A stretch of 64,000 nucleotides of DNA from an uncultured Thermoanaerobaculia bacterium (GTDB taxonomy: Bacteria; Acidobacteriota; Thermoanaerobaculia; Multivoradales; JAGPDF01): positions 704 through 64,703 of the forward strand of contig CAYZBH010000004.1 in the NCBI GenBank assembly GCA_964476605.1, in the 5' to 3' direction. A program made the translations under genes and the position numbers. How positions within the stretch are numbered: position 1 is the first letter of the stretch; each line of letters starts with the position of its first letter. The notes beneath the pieces are model-generated. The model saw only the letters and a list, made by a program, of their open reading frames with translations. It did not search any database and was not told the origin of the DNA. Positions 36,867-48,676 of this stretch are shown piece by piece.

Positions 36867-36990
36867 GGATTGCCTCCCCGGAGGTTGCGCGATCGAGATC
36901 GGACACTCTCACGGACCACTCCGTAGCGCCAGCCGCCGGACGCGGGTAGCCGGGGCTTACGTTCCACAACGCGCCTTCGGCTTCGCGGAC

Positions 36991-37069
36991 GATGCCAGCC
37001 GATTCGCGCGACCTGCGCGACCTGTCGAGAATCGGCTGGCACCTTGGCTCCGCGATTCGGCTGGTACCT
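36991..37069. repeat. REP cluster: inverted pair (GATGCCAGCCGATTCG / GAGAATCGGCTGGCACCT) plus a degenerate third copy (GCGATTCGGCTGGTACCT)
   Basis: The inverted pair is separated by a 25-nt spacer containing GCGCGACCTG x2. Potential hairpin. Confidence 0.55.
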
Positions 37070-37246
37070 TGCGCCCCTCTCCGTGACGACCCGCGCTTCG
37101 TCGAGCTCCTCGAGAGAGTCGAGCGCGGGAGGCTCGACACCTCCCGCTGAACCTCGCCTTCCAACCCTCGAAGGTCGAGCCCCCTGCCGGAGCGCTGCGA
37201 TCTCCGATCTGGATCGTCTGCCAGCCTCGCCCTTCGCGCTTCGCGG

Positions 37247-37308
37247 GCGGCCGGGACGAGGCGGCCGGGACGAGGCGGCCGGGACGAGGCGGCCGGGACG
37301 AGGCGGCC
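37247..37308. repeat. 14-bp perfect tandem repeat (GCGGCCGGGACGAG) x4.4
   Basis: Read directly from the sequence. Lies immediately 3' of the stop codon of the minus-strand TonB-dependent receptor gene. Confidence 0.9.
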
Positions 37309-37310
37309 CG

Positions 37311-39779
<2,469 letters not shown>

Positions 39780-40093
39780 GACGGATCTCCCCCCCTCGAT
39801 GGGGACCGGACGGAATTTGCGCGGACTCTACACCCGGACGGCGCCCGGCGCCCGGGCCGTCCGCGGTGGGCACGCAGAGGGACTTCCGGCGCCCTTCGGA
39901 GACGGCATGGAGAAAGCTGGAGAGTGCCGGCCGCGGCTGCGTCGGAGAGTGCTCGGAGAGTGCCAGCCGAGTGTCAAGCCGATCGCGGTCAGCAGGTTGA
40001 AGTGGTGCGGCGCCGGAGTCGGTGGCTGCGCACCCGGCGCGAGGATGCCGTCGGCGGGTCTCGCGGGACGCGATCCGGCGGATAATCGAGGCC

Positions 40094-42622
40094 ATGATCG
40101 ACCTGGGCCAGCGCTCGAAGCGCCTCCGCGCCGCCTCGCTCTCCGCTCTCGCGGCGGCGAGCCTCCTCGCCATTTCTTCGGCCGCCGCGCTCCCGGCGGA
40201 CGAGCCCTCGACGCCGCGCGCGCCGGGCTACGACCTGCCGCCGAGCGACGTGCTCGACGTGCTGCACGCGCCCCAGCCGCCGAGGCCCTACCTGAGCCCG
40301 ACGCGCACCCACGTGCTGCTCGTCTCCTGGGTGCAATACCCGCCGATGGCGCAGGTTGCCGAGCCCTTCCTCAAGCTGGCCGGCGTCCGCGTCGAGCCGC
40401 GAACCCGGCGCAAGCACGACACCCCCGGCGGCTACGGCGTCGCGCCCTGCGCACAGACGCTCTCGATCGTGGAGGTCGCGAGCAGCGCCGCGAGGACGAT
40501 CGCGCTGCCGCCCGGCGGGTGCGCGGACGGCTTCACCTGGTCGGCGGACGGCCGGCGCTTCGCGTTTCGCAACACGTCGGACGAAGCGGTGGAGCTCTGG
40601 CTCGGCGCGGTCGACGGCGCGACCCGCCGGGTGGGCGACGTGCGGCTCAATCCGATGCTCGGGAGCTCGGTGCAGTGGGCGCCGGACGGCAAGCAGCTGC
40701 TGGTGAAGAGGATCCCGGACTCCGCCGGCGCACCCCCCGCGATCGCGACCGGCGGCGAGGGACCGGGCATCCAGGAGACCGGCGGCGGAGCCGGCGAGTT
40801 CAGCACCTACGAGGCGCGCGACACGCTGCGCAACGCGGCGGACGAAGCGCTCTTCGAGTACTACGGGACCAGTCAGCTCGCGTTCGTCGATGCCGACAGC
40901 GGGACGGTCACGGACGTGGGCGGCCCCGCGGTCCTCGCGGAGGTCGATCTGGCACCCGATGGCGAGCACGTTCTGCTCTCCTCGATCCGCAAGCCCTATT
41001 CCCACGCGGTCACCTACGCGCGCTTCGCGCACGACGTCGAGGTCTGGGATCGCGCCGGGGGCGCGGTGAAGCTCGCGGAGCTCGGGGTCGCGGACCACGT
41101 GCCGATCAACGGCGTTCCGACCGGGCCGCGCGAGCACGCCTGGCGTCCGACGGAGCCCGCCACGTTGATCTGGGCCGAGGCGCTCGACGGCGGCGACTGG
41201 AAGGCGACCGTGCCGGCGCGCGACAAGGTGATGATGCAGAGCGCGCCCTTCACCACGCCGCCGACCGAGCTCGCGCGCACCGTGCAGCGCTACGTCGGCG
41301 TCGACTGGAGCGAGCGGGCCGGCATCGGCCTGCTCCAGGAGTACGACGACAACCTCCACTGGCGGCGGACCTCGCTGATCGACGCCGCGCATCCGGGCGC
41401 GCCGGGGAGCGTGATCTGGGACCTGTCGAGCGACGAGCTGTACGAGGATCCTGGGCAGCCCGTCTATCGAAGGATCGCCAATGGCCAGTGGGCCGTGATG
41501 CAGCAGGGGGAGTCGATCTTCCTGAGCGGCGAGGGCTCGTCGCCCGAGGGGGATCGCCCCTTCCTCGATCGTTTCGACCTCGCGACGCGCAAGTCGACGC
41601 GGATCTTCCGGAGCGCTCGCGATGCCTACGAGTCCTTCCTCGGCTTCCCGGGTGTCAAGTCCGACGCGCTGCTGACTTGGCGCCAGACGCCGGTCGATCC
41701 GCCGAACCTGATGCTGCGCACCCTCGGAGCTCGCGTGAAGAACGCCGCGGCGGGCGAAGCGGCGGTCGCCTCGAGCCCCCGCGCCGTCACCCACATTCCG
41801 GATCCGACGCCCGAGGTCCGCGGAATCCATAAGCGCCTGGTGACCTACCAGCGCAAGGACGGCGTCGACCTCTCGTTCACTCTCTATACCCCTCCGGGCT
41901 ACCAGGAGGGGACGCGCTTGCCGGCGATTCTCTATGCCTATCCGCTCGACTACGCGAGCAGCAAGACGGCCGGGCAGGTCAGCGGCTCGGAGCAGGTCTT
42001 CACGATGCTCCGCAACTATCGCCTCCTGCTGCTCTCCGGCTATGCGTTGATCGACAACGCCGCCTTTCCGATCGTCGGCGATCCTCAGAAGGCCTACGAC
42101 ACCTATCTCGAGCAGCTCGTCGACAATGCGCGAGCGGCGGTCGACAAGGCGGTGGAGCTCGGGGTGGTGGATCGCGACCGGATCGGGGTCACCGGGCACA
42201 GCCACGGCGCGATGATGACCGCCAACCTAGTGGCCCACACCGACCTCTTCCGCGCCGGCGTGGCGACGAGCGGCGCCTACAACAAGACGCTCACCCCCTT
42301 CGGCTTCCAGAACGAGCGCCGCCCGGTCTGGAAGGCGCTCGACGTCTACCTCCACGTGTCGCCCTATTTCTACGCCGACCAGATGCACGCGCCGCTGCTG
42401 CTGATCCACGGCGCCGACGACGCCAACCCGGGGACGACCCCGCTCCAGTCGGAGCAGCTCTACGAGGCGATCCGCGGCAATGGCGGCGTCGCGCGCCTGG
42501 TGATGCTGCCGCACGAGCCGCACTGGTACTCGGCCATGGAATCGAACGAGCAGCTCGCCTTCGAGGAGCTCCGCTGGTTCGACAAATACGTCAAGAACGC
42601 CGCGCCGAGAAACCCGAACTGA
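40094..42622 (+). CDS. S9-family serine peptidase (prolyl oligopeptidase / dipeptidyl-peptidase-like) with N-terminal beta-propeller
   Basis: ORF 40022..42622 trimmed to MIDLGQRSKRL at 40094, which has a signal peptide. Catalytic Ser in GVTGHSHGAMM. Asp/His region: HGADDANPG...PHEPH. The propeller-type N-terminal half is Trp/Asp-rich. Confidence 0.8.
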   Translation: MIDLGQRSKRLRAASLSALAAASLLAISSAAALPADEPSTPRAPGYDLPPSDVLDVLHAPQPPRPYLSPTRTHVLLVSWVQYPPMAQVAEPFLKLAGVRVEPRTRRKHDTPGGYGVAPCAQTLSIVEVASSAARTIALPPGGCADGFTWSADGRRFAFRNTSDEAVELWLGAVDGATRRVGDVRLNPMLGSSVQWAPDGKQLLVKRIPDSAGAPPAIATGGEGPGIQETGGGAGEFSTYEARDTLRNAADEALFEYYGTSQLAFVDADSGTVTDVGGPAVLAEVDLAPDGEHVLLSSIRKPYSHAVTYARFAHDVEVWDRAGGAVKLAELGVADHVPINGVPTGPREHAWRPTEPATLIWAEALDGGDWKATVPARDKVMMQSAPFTTPPTELARTVQRYVGVDWSERAGIGLLQEYDDNLHWRRTSLIDAAHPGAPGSVIWDLSSDELYEDPGQPVYRRIANGQWAVMQQGESIFLSGEGSSPEGDRPFLDRFDLATRKSTRIFRSARDAYESFLGFPGVKSDALLTWRQTPVDPPNLMLRTLGARVKNAAAGEAAVASSPRAVTHIPDPTPEVRGIHKRLVTYQRKDGVDLSFTLYTPPGYQEGTRLPAILYAYPLDYASSKTAGQVSGSEQVFTMLRNYRLLLLSGYALIDNAAFPIVGDPQKAYDTYLEQLVDNARAAVDKAVELGVVDRDRIGVTGHSHGAMMTANLVAHTDLFRAGVATSGAYNKTLTPFGFQNERRPVWKALDVYLHVSPYFYADQMHAPLLLIHGADDANPGTTPLQSEQLYEAIRGNGGVARLVMLPHEPHWYSAMESNEQLAFEELRWFDKYVKNAAPRNPN

Positions 42623-42712
42623 GGCGCGGCGCCGAGGCGCCCGCTTCGGATCAGAGCAGGAGAGGTGCCCGGCGATTCGCCGGATGGCGATCTCTTTGCG
42701 CCTGGCAGCCGC

Positions 42713-43126
42713 CTAGCGCCTCTCCTGCTCCCTCTCAGCCCGTCGAAGCTCGGCCTCCTCGAGGAGCGCCCTCGCGGCTTCGAGGTCGCTCGCCTCGACG
42801 ACGACGCGCCGGAAACGGCCGACTCCGCCGTATTGGATGCCCCCGCAGTCGTCGCTCAGCGCCATGGCGCGGATGCCGTGACCGACGAGAAAGGAGGTGG
42901 CGAGATCGGCGTCTTGTTGCAGCAGGTACTCCGCCGCGACGACCACTGGGCCCGGCAGGGGAGGGAGCCGTGGCGCGTCATCCTCCTCGACCTCGTCGTC
43001 CTCGCGGTCGGGGTCCTTCGCCGCCAGCGTCGCTCCGCACCTCGGACAAACGGTGAGGTCGTCGCGATACTCGCCGTGGATTCCCAGAAAGACGGCGTCC
43101 GGGCACTGAGGGTTGAGACAGAACAT
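42713..43126 (-). CDS. DUF2007-like small protein with N-terminal Cys4 zinc-ribbon
   Basis: Trimmed to MFCLNPQCPDAV...CPRCGATL (C-x4-C...C-x2-C). The C-terminal part resembles DUF2007 (putative signal-transducing domain). Confidence 0.45.
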   Translation of the reverse strand: MFCLNPQCPDAVFLGIHGEYRDDLTVCPRCGATLAAKDPDREDDEVEEDDAPRLPPLPGPVVVAAEYLLQQDADLATSFLVGHGIRAMALSDDCGGIQYGGVGRFRRVVVEASDLEAARALLEEAELRRAEREQERR

Positions 43127-43232
43127 CGGCAAGCTCCAGGGTGCCGCTCCTCGAGATGCTCTCGGGAGAACGATACGACCCCGAGCCGAGAGCTGGCAAT
43201 TCCTGACCTGACCCCTTGGCCCGATCGAGAGA

Positions 43233-43344
43233 GGTGCCAGCCGCCTGGAAAACCGCTCGACGCAGAGGCGTGAAGAGGTGCCAGCCGCTCGACAGATCGG
43301 CAAATCACCCCGAATGAGCGACTTGCGAATCGGCTGGCACCTGG
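43233..43344. repeat. REP cluster: three copies, two reverse (43233-43245, 43277-43290) and one forward (43325-43344) forming an inverted pair
   Basis: AGGTGCCAGCCG...45 nt...CGGCTGGCACCT is a perfect 12-bp inverted repeat. Confidence 0.6.
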
Positions 43345-43417
43345 CGGGATGGAGCCCCCAGCAGGGTCGGAATATCGGCGGCCGGCGGGATTCTCGACCG
43401 CCCAGCCGGCGTGATGC

Positions 43418-44425
43418 TCAGGGCGCGACCGGCTCCCCGGCGAGCACGGTTCGAAAGAAGGCGATCGTCTCGCGGTTGATCGGTCCGTCGGTGAAGTGAC
43501 CGGCGTGAGCATAGGTGCGGAAGGAGACGTTTGCGCCCGCTTCCCGGTAGAGCGCCTGACAGCGCTCCCAGCGATCGGGCTGCATGCGGGCGCCGAGCGT
43601 GAAGTCGACGATCGCCTTCTCGGCCGCGGTGTAGGCGTCGTCGTACTGCACCGCGTCGTTCTCGTCCTGCGCCCCCATGTAGTAGCGCTGCGGCACGCGC
43701 TTCCAGGTTTCTAGGTCGAACGCGGCGCCCACGCGCTCGGCGAGGTCGGCGATCCCGATCGGGTAGGGGAGCGCGAGACCGGCAAGCTCGGCGCGCGGCA
43801 CGATCAGGATGCCGTTGAGCCCTCCTCCCGCGACGCCCAAGACCCGCTCGGGGTGGAGCGCGGTGAAGCGGTTGACGAAGCTCCCCGAGGCCGAGAAGCC
43901 GGTGAGGAGGATCTTCTCCGGCAGGGCGATGCCGCGTGCCCCGAGACGCGCCTTCGCGACGGCGACCATGGCGAGGAGCTGGAGGTCGAGCCGCCGCATC
44001 GGTCCGGCGTCGATCCTGAGCGTGTCGGAGTCGAGGGCGTGCGTGTACCGCTCCCAATCCGTCGCCGGGCGTGGAAAGACCGGCACCAGGAGCGGCAAGC
44101 CAAGCTCGCGCGAGACGTCCGCGCCGATCGCGCGGCTCGCGAGCTCGCGCGCCGCGGCGAGATGGGCACCGAGGTCGTCGTCCCCCCGCCCCGTGTTGTT
44201 GGGCTCGACGAGGAGCGCCCGCGCGGACTCCGGCGCGAGGCGGGCGGGGAGCGCCAGGAGGAACGGGTACTCGAACCCGCGCCCGGGGTCGGCGTCGATG
44301 AGCTCGAGCGGTGGAGCCTCGACAGGATTCTCCGCCGGCGCGACCGCGTGGGCGGGGGAGCCGAGGGCGATCCCGAAGAGCGCGAGGGGGCCCAGGGCCC
44401 GGCGGAGGCGGAACGGATCTCTCAT
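43418..44425 (-). CDS. Secreted alpha/beta-hydrolase (esterase/depolymerase-like)
   Basis: Trimmed to MRDPFRLRRALGPLALFGIALGSPAHA (signal). Nucleophile-elbow-like GFSASGS. 335 aa. Confidence 0.55.
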   Translation of the reverse strand: MRDPFRLRRALGPLALFGIALGSPAHAVAPAENPVEAPPLELIDADPGRGFEYPFLLALPARLAPESARALLVEPNNTGRGDDDLGAHLAAARELASRAIGADVSRELGLPLLVPVFPRPATDWERYTHALDSDTLRIDAGPMRRLDLQLLAMVAVAKARLGARGIALPEKILLTGFSASGSFVNRFTALHPERVLGVAGGGLNGILIVPRAELAGLALPYPIGIADLAERVGAAFDLETWKRVPQRYYMGAQDENDAVQYDDAYTAAEKAIVDFTLGARMQPDRWERCQALYREAGANVSFRTYAHAGHFTDGPINRETIAFFRTVLAGEPVAP

Positions 44426-44497
44426 CGACGATCTCCCAAGTGGGCGCCGATTCTGTCTCATCGCGCGCGAGCGCGGGCCCGAGAAAGGTGCGGAGAA

Positions 44498-44587
44498 GGG
44501 TGCCAGCCGATTGGCAAACCGTTCCGCATCAGCAACTCGCGAATCGGCTGGCACCCGCGAGGCAATCTGCGAATCGGCTGGCACCTG
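44498..44587. repeat. REP cluster: one reverse and two forward copies (GGGTGCCAGCCGATTGG; GCGAATCGGCTGGCACC x2)
   Basis: Lies in the divergent spacer between the hydrolase and the rhodanese genes. Confidence 0.6.
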
Positions 44588-44704
44588 CTACTGCCCTCGG
44601 GGGTGGTAACAAACGGCCGTCGGGCTCGTAGGACCCAATGAGGGACCCGTCGGCGACGCGCTCCGCGGGCGACGGGTCGTGCCGCGTTCGGAGGAGATAC
44701 GACC

Positions 44705-45685
44705 ATGCGCAATCTGAAGGGGATGCGGGCGTTCGGACTCGTCGTCGCGTTTGGACTTCTCGCGGCGTGCACCTCTGCTGGGCCCCGGCCGGCGGCCGTT
44801 CGCGCCGCCCCGGCGATCGACTCGCTGGTGACGACGGAGTGGCTGAGCCAGCATCTGAACGATTCCGACCTGGTGATCCTCGACTGCACCGTCCGCGTTC
44901 AGCGCGGCGAAGAGGGCGGATTCAAGGCTCTGAGCGGCCGGGAGGAGTTCGAGAAGGGGCACATCCCGAAGGCGGGATTCGCCGACCTGATCCACGATCT
45001 CGCCGACGATACGAGCTCGCTCGGCTTCGCCGTGCCGTCGCCCGAGAAGTTCGCGGCCGCGATGGCGGCGCTCGGCGTCCGCGACGACGCGCGGGTGGTG
45101 CTCTACTCGGCGACGGAGCCGAGCTGGCCCGCCCGCGTCTGGTGGATGCTGCGCTGGATCGGGTTCGACCGCGCCGCGCTCCTCGACGGCGGGCTGAAGG
45201 CGTGGACGGCCGAAGGGCGTCCGCTCTCGACGGAGGCCCCGAACCGGCCCGCGGGCCGGCTGACGGTGGCGCTCCGCCCCGGCCTGATCGCGGATCGGGA
45301 CGAGGTGCGTGCCGCGGTCGACGACGGGAAGGTCACGATCGTCGACTCGCTCCCGCCGGCGAGCTACGAAGGGAAGTTCTCCCTCTACAAGCGTCCCGGT
45401 CACATCACCGGCGCCGTCAACATGCCGGTGACCGCGCTCCTCGACGAGGCGGGTCGCTTCCTCCCGGCCGAGCAACTCGCGGCGATGCTCTCCGTCGAAC
45501 GCAAGAGCCGGGTGATCACTTACTGCGGCGGCGACATCGCCGCCTCCGAGGACGCCTTCGTCCTGACCCGCCTGGGCTACGCGAACGTGGCGGTCTACGC
45601 GGCGTCGCTGCAGGAGTGGGCCGCCGATCCCACCAACCCGATGACGGTCGGCCCGAACCCAAGGGAGGCGCCGACCCAGGAATAG
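44705..45685 (+). CDS. sseA: Thiosulfate / 3-mercaptopyruvate sulfurtransferase (tandem rhodanese domains), lipoprotein-type signal
   Basis: Two rhodanese domains. Active-site loop: CGGDIAAS. Conserved GHIPKAG and GHITGAVN. Lipobox-like LLAAC. Confidence 0.8.
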   Translation: MRNLKGMRAFGLVVAFGLLAACTSAGPRPAAVRAAPAIDSLVTTEWLSQHLNDSDLVILDCTVRVQRGEEGGFKALSGREEFEKGHIPKAGFADLIHDLADDTSSLGFAVPSPEKFAAAMAALGVRDDARVVLYSATEPSWPARVWWMLRWIGFDRAALLDGGLKAWTAEGRPLSTEAPNRPAGRLTVALRPGLIADRDEVRAAVDDGKVTIVDSLPPASYEGKFSLYKRPGHITGAVNMPVTALLDEAGRFLPAEQLAAMLSVERKSRVITYCGGDIAASEDAFVLTRLGYANVAVYAASLQEWAADPTNPMTVGPNPREAPTQE

Positions 45686-45758
45686 GCGAAGAAGACGGTC
45701 GGGAGCGTTGCGCCGAGGGTTGCCATCAGCGGCGCAAGCGATGTCCTATCAGCAAGTT

Positions 45759-45801
45759 GCGAATCGGCTGGCACCTGCGAGACGTGCACCTGCGAGACGT
45801 G
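45759..45801. repeat. REP copy followed by 15-bp tandem duplication (CACCTGCGAGACGTG x2)
   Basis: In the convergent spacer between the rhodanese and SRPBCC genes. Confidence 0.55.
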
Positions 45802-45817
45802 CGACGCGTGCGAGAAC

Positions 45818-46300
45818 CTAGACCTTTGCGGCTTCCGCCAGGCGCTTGACGCCGAGGAGGGTGAGCCTCGCCCGGCGCGCCATGAGGCGGCGGAGGAAGA
45901 GGGCGTTCAGGAGGCGCATCTTCCACCCGTTCGGCTCGTAGGTGGCCTCGATGACGACGTCGGTCTCGGAGTCCCCGCGCGGCACGAGGCGGCTCTCGAC
46001 GACGAAGTCCCGCAGCATCGTGCTGATCCCCCAGCTGTCCTCGGGAAAGGCGGTCGCGAACCGTTCCCCCGGCACGTAGTCGACCACCTCCTCGACGCAG
46101 TTTCCCTTCCTCCCCTCGAGGATCGTGCACCGGTACTTGACGCCCAGAGCCCGTGTGCTCCGCCCCGAGAGCAGCTCCACCCGTCCCACCTCCGGGTGGT
46201 ACTCGGGAATTCGCGTGACGTCGTCGACGATCCGCCAGACCCGCTCGCGCGGCGCCCGGATCGTCGCCGAGGTCCTCCACTGCAGCCGCGCGCGCGTCAT
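45818..46300 (-). CDS. SRPBCC-superfamily protein (polyketide cyclase/START-like)
   Basis: 160 aa. The IRAPRERVWRIVDDVTRIPEYHP N-terminus is typical of SRPBCC/Polyketide_cyc2. Confidence 0.55.
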   Translation of the reverse strand: MTRARLQWRTSATIRAPRERVWRIVDDVTRIPEYHPEVGRVELLSGRSTRALGVKYRCTILEGRKGNCVEEVVDYVPGERFATAFPEDSWGISTMLRDFVVESRLVPRGDSETDVVIEATYEPNGWKMRLLNALFLRRLMARRARLTLLGVKRLAEAAKV

Positions 46301-46365
46301 CGAGTCTCTCGTGGGGCGAGCTTACCCTCGCGGCAGGGCTGGCGCGCTCTGGTCCGTGACCCTCG

Positions 46366-46776
46366 TCAACTCGTTCGGAGCCGCTCCCAGAACGCACGCG
46401 GCGCGAGGCGGGGGAAGGGCAGGTCGATCTCGGCTTGCAGGAGCTCGCGGTCACCTGTGACGAAGACCTCGGCGGCCGCGGCCGCCGCCTCGGCGAGGAT
46501 CCACGCGTCGTCGGCGTCGACCGGCAGGTCGGCGGCGTGTTCGACACGGGCGACGCGCGCGATGGCGACGGCCTGGTCGCGTAGCAGCGTCTCGATCTCG
46601 TCGAGGGTCGCGCGGGGCAGGCCGAGCTTGCGTTCGAGCACGCCGCCGAGCTCAGCGAGCAGGCGTTCGCCCGCCAGGAGCTCGTGCTCGGCGAGCGTCA
46701 GGGCCAGGAGATCCGAGCAGAGTCCGCGCGTCGCGAAGGCGGCGACGAGGACGTTGGTGTCGAGGAAGACCCTCAA
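46366..46776 (-). CDS. vapC: PIN-domain toxin VapC
   Basis: LDTNVLV N-terminus with Asp4. Acidic residues in TGDRELL. 136 aa. Overlaps the upstream antitoxin gene by 4 bp. Confidence 0.8.
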   Translation of the reverse strand: MRVFLDTNVLVAAFATRGLCSDLLALTLAEHELLAGERLLAELGGVLERKLGLPRATLDEIETLLRDQAVAIARVARVEHAADLPVDADDAWILAEAAAAAAEVFVTGDRELLQAEIDLPFPRLAPRAFWERLRTS

Positions 46777-47003
46777 GAGACGTCGCGGAAGACGTCCTCG
46801 TCGGTGAGATAGCCGCGCGCCTCCGCGATCGGCGCGACCCGCCGGCGCAGCCGCTCGAGCTCCGCGAGCGCGAGCTGCCGCCGAAGCGCCTCTCGCGCGA
46901 GCTCGCTCTTGCTCCGACCCGTCGTCGCGGCTAATTGGGACAACTTGCGATCGAGCTCCCGATCAAGCCGAATCGTCAGCACCGAATCTCGCATGTAGGA
47001 CAT
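46773..47003 (-). CDS. vapB: RHH/CopG-type antitoxin (VapB-like)
   Basis: 76 aa. LTIRLDRELDRKLSQLAATTGRSKSELAREALRRQL is a ribbon-helix-helix. Adjacent to and coupled with vapC. Confidence 0.7.
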   Translation of the reverse strand: MSYMRDSVLTIRLDRELDRKLSQLAATTGRSKSELAREALRRQLALAELERLRRRVAPIAEARGYLTDEDVFRDVS

Positions 47004-47347
47004 TGTAATACGACGGTGGACGACCGGCCAACGGAGTTTTTTCGAGACGCAACTCTTTCCGTTTCAGTAACTTGAGAAACAGCTGGCACCTTTGAGATCC
47101 GGCTCCCGCGACCGCAAGGCTCGACAGCCACTCCTAGCGGCGAGTCTCGAGGCGCGGCAAAGCAGAGAACTACCCCCTGACCCGAGAGTCTTCAATGAGT
47201 GGCACTTGCGACGTCGTGAAGCCGGAACCAAGGTGCCCTCCCAGGATCGCTGTCTTGAAATCAAACAAGGCGCCGCCTGCGCGCTTGAATGGGCGCAAGC
47301 AAAAATGTAAGGTACCGCCTCACGTCTCACATCCCCTAGGAGGTCGC

Positions 47348-48211
47348 ATGGCAGTGGACCTTGAAATGGTGGGCTCAGGCTCCAAGTCCTGGAATCGGCG
47401 CGGTTCCTACCGCGTTGTCCGCACAGACGCAAGCATCAAGACGCTGTACGTGCAGGGCGCGGGCGGCGGAGGTGGCGGGGGCGGTGCGGGTGGAAGCGGA
47501 TACAACGGGTCACAAACGGACAACGCTGGTGGTGCTGGAGGCGGGGCCGGCGCTTACTACCAGGGCTCCCTGGAGATCAAGATAGGGCAAGTGCCAGTGG
47601 GAGTCGAGTTTGTCGTGGTAGTTGGCGGAGGTGGGCAGGGCGGGTCAGGCGGATCTGCAGGTCTCAACGGCAAGGATGGCGACACAGGTGGCGTCACCTC
47701 CTTCGGCAACGCAGATCCTACGATCGGCCGACTCGTCACGCTATTCGGCGGCCAGGGTGGTCGTGGAGGCGGCGGAAGCCAAGCTCACTGGCCAGGAGCT
47801 GGCGGTTCTGGAAGCGCTAGTGTCAGTCTCGGAGGTAAGGCGGGCACGGATGGAGGGATGGGTGGCGGACCAAGTCAGCACGGGAGTCAAGGTCAAAGCT
47901 CAGGCACCGCAGCTGGTGGCGCAGGTGGCACAACCGTAACCGGTGGGACCTATGATCCCCACGCATCGATTCTCGACACCCGCAATGGCGGTGGGGGTGG
48001 CGGCGGGGGTGCTTCGTACGGAAAAGGAGGCAAAGGTGGAAACGGCGGAGACATCTCCGCCGCAACCACTGCGCCTGGACCGGGCTTGGCTGACGGACCA
48101 GAGGTTGGTGGCGGAGGCGGGGGTGGTGGCGGCCTAGGACAAGACTACCAATACGGCGGACGCGGCTCCGATGGGGCCGACGGCTTTTTCACCCTTACGT
48201 GGTCAACATGA
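47348..48211 (+). CDS. Glycine-rich protein (about 45% Gly; poly-Gly runs) in a low-GC island
   Basis: ORF 47195..48211 trimmed to ATG 47348, preceded by AGGAGGTCGC. Repeated GGxGG / G8-9 runs. No obvious signal peptide. The coding region is low-GC despite the Gly codons. Confidence 0.5.
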   Translation: MAVDLEMVGSGSKSWNRRGSYRVVRTDASIKTLYVQGAGGGGGGGGAGGSGYNGSQTDNAGGAGGGAGAYYQGSLEIKIGQVPVGVEFVVVVGGGGQGGSGGSAGLNGKDGDTGGVTSFGNADPTIGRLVTLFGGQGGRGGGGSQAHWPGAGGSGSASVSLGGKAGTDGGMGGGPSQHGSQGQSSGTAAGGAGGTTVTGGTYDPHASILDTRNGGGGGGGGASYGKGGKGGNGGDISAATTAPGPGLADGPEVGGGGGGGGGLGQDYQYGGRGSDGADGFFTLTWST

Positions 48212-48383
48212 GAAGTTGCTCTTGATTGGCTGAGCACTGCTTGTCAATTCGCCGATAACTGCCGTCGCTCAGCGCGATGCCGCACGGAAAGTGGTGGTGG
48301 CCGATTCGTAAGCCGTTCCCCATCAGCGACTTGCGAATCGTGAGCTGCGAACACTTACGGTAACAAACGACTGTCCGGGACTG

Positions 48384-48400
48384 CGAATCGGCTGGCACCT
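48384..48400. repeat. REP copy at the junction between low-GC DNA and a high-GC gene remnant
   Basis: GCGAATCGGCTGGCACCT. Confidence 0.55.
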
Positions 48401-48403
48401 GCG

Positions 48404-48550
48404 AGCACCCCGGACCGCGGCGCCATCGAAGTCGGCAAGCTCGCCGACCTCGTCGCCGTCGCCGGCGACCCGCGCGCCGACGTCAGCACCCTCGAGCACC
48501 GGCTCTGGGTGGCCAAAGGCGGCGACGTGCTGGAGGGGAAGGGCCGCTAA
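48404..48550 (+). pseudogene. 3'-terminal remnant of an amidohydrolase-superfamily gene
   Basis: High-GC 147-bp tract translating in frame to ...GAIEVGKLADLVAVAGDPRADVSTLEHRLWVAKGGDVLEGKGR*. This GxIEVGKxADLV...V..G..V ending is typical of metal-dependent amidohydrolases. No upstream body or start is present. Confidence 0.45.
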
Positions 48551-48676
48551 CGCGGCATGCGAGCCTCGGCCCCGGAATTGAGTAAGCGTGGAGGACCGAA
48601 GGCGCCATGGAGCGGGCGAATCCATCAACCTGGCCCCTTAGCCCCCTACTCTCCTAGCCGGCAGCCTTCGCAGAGG

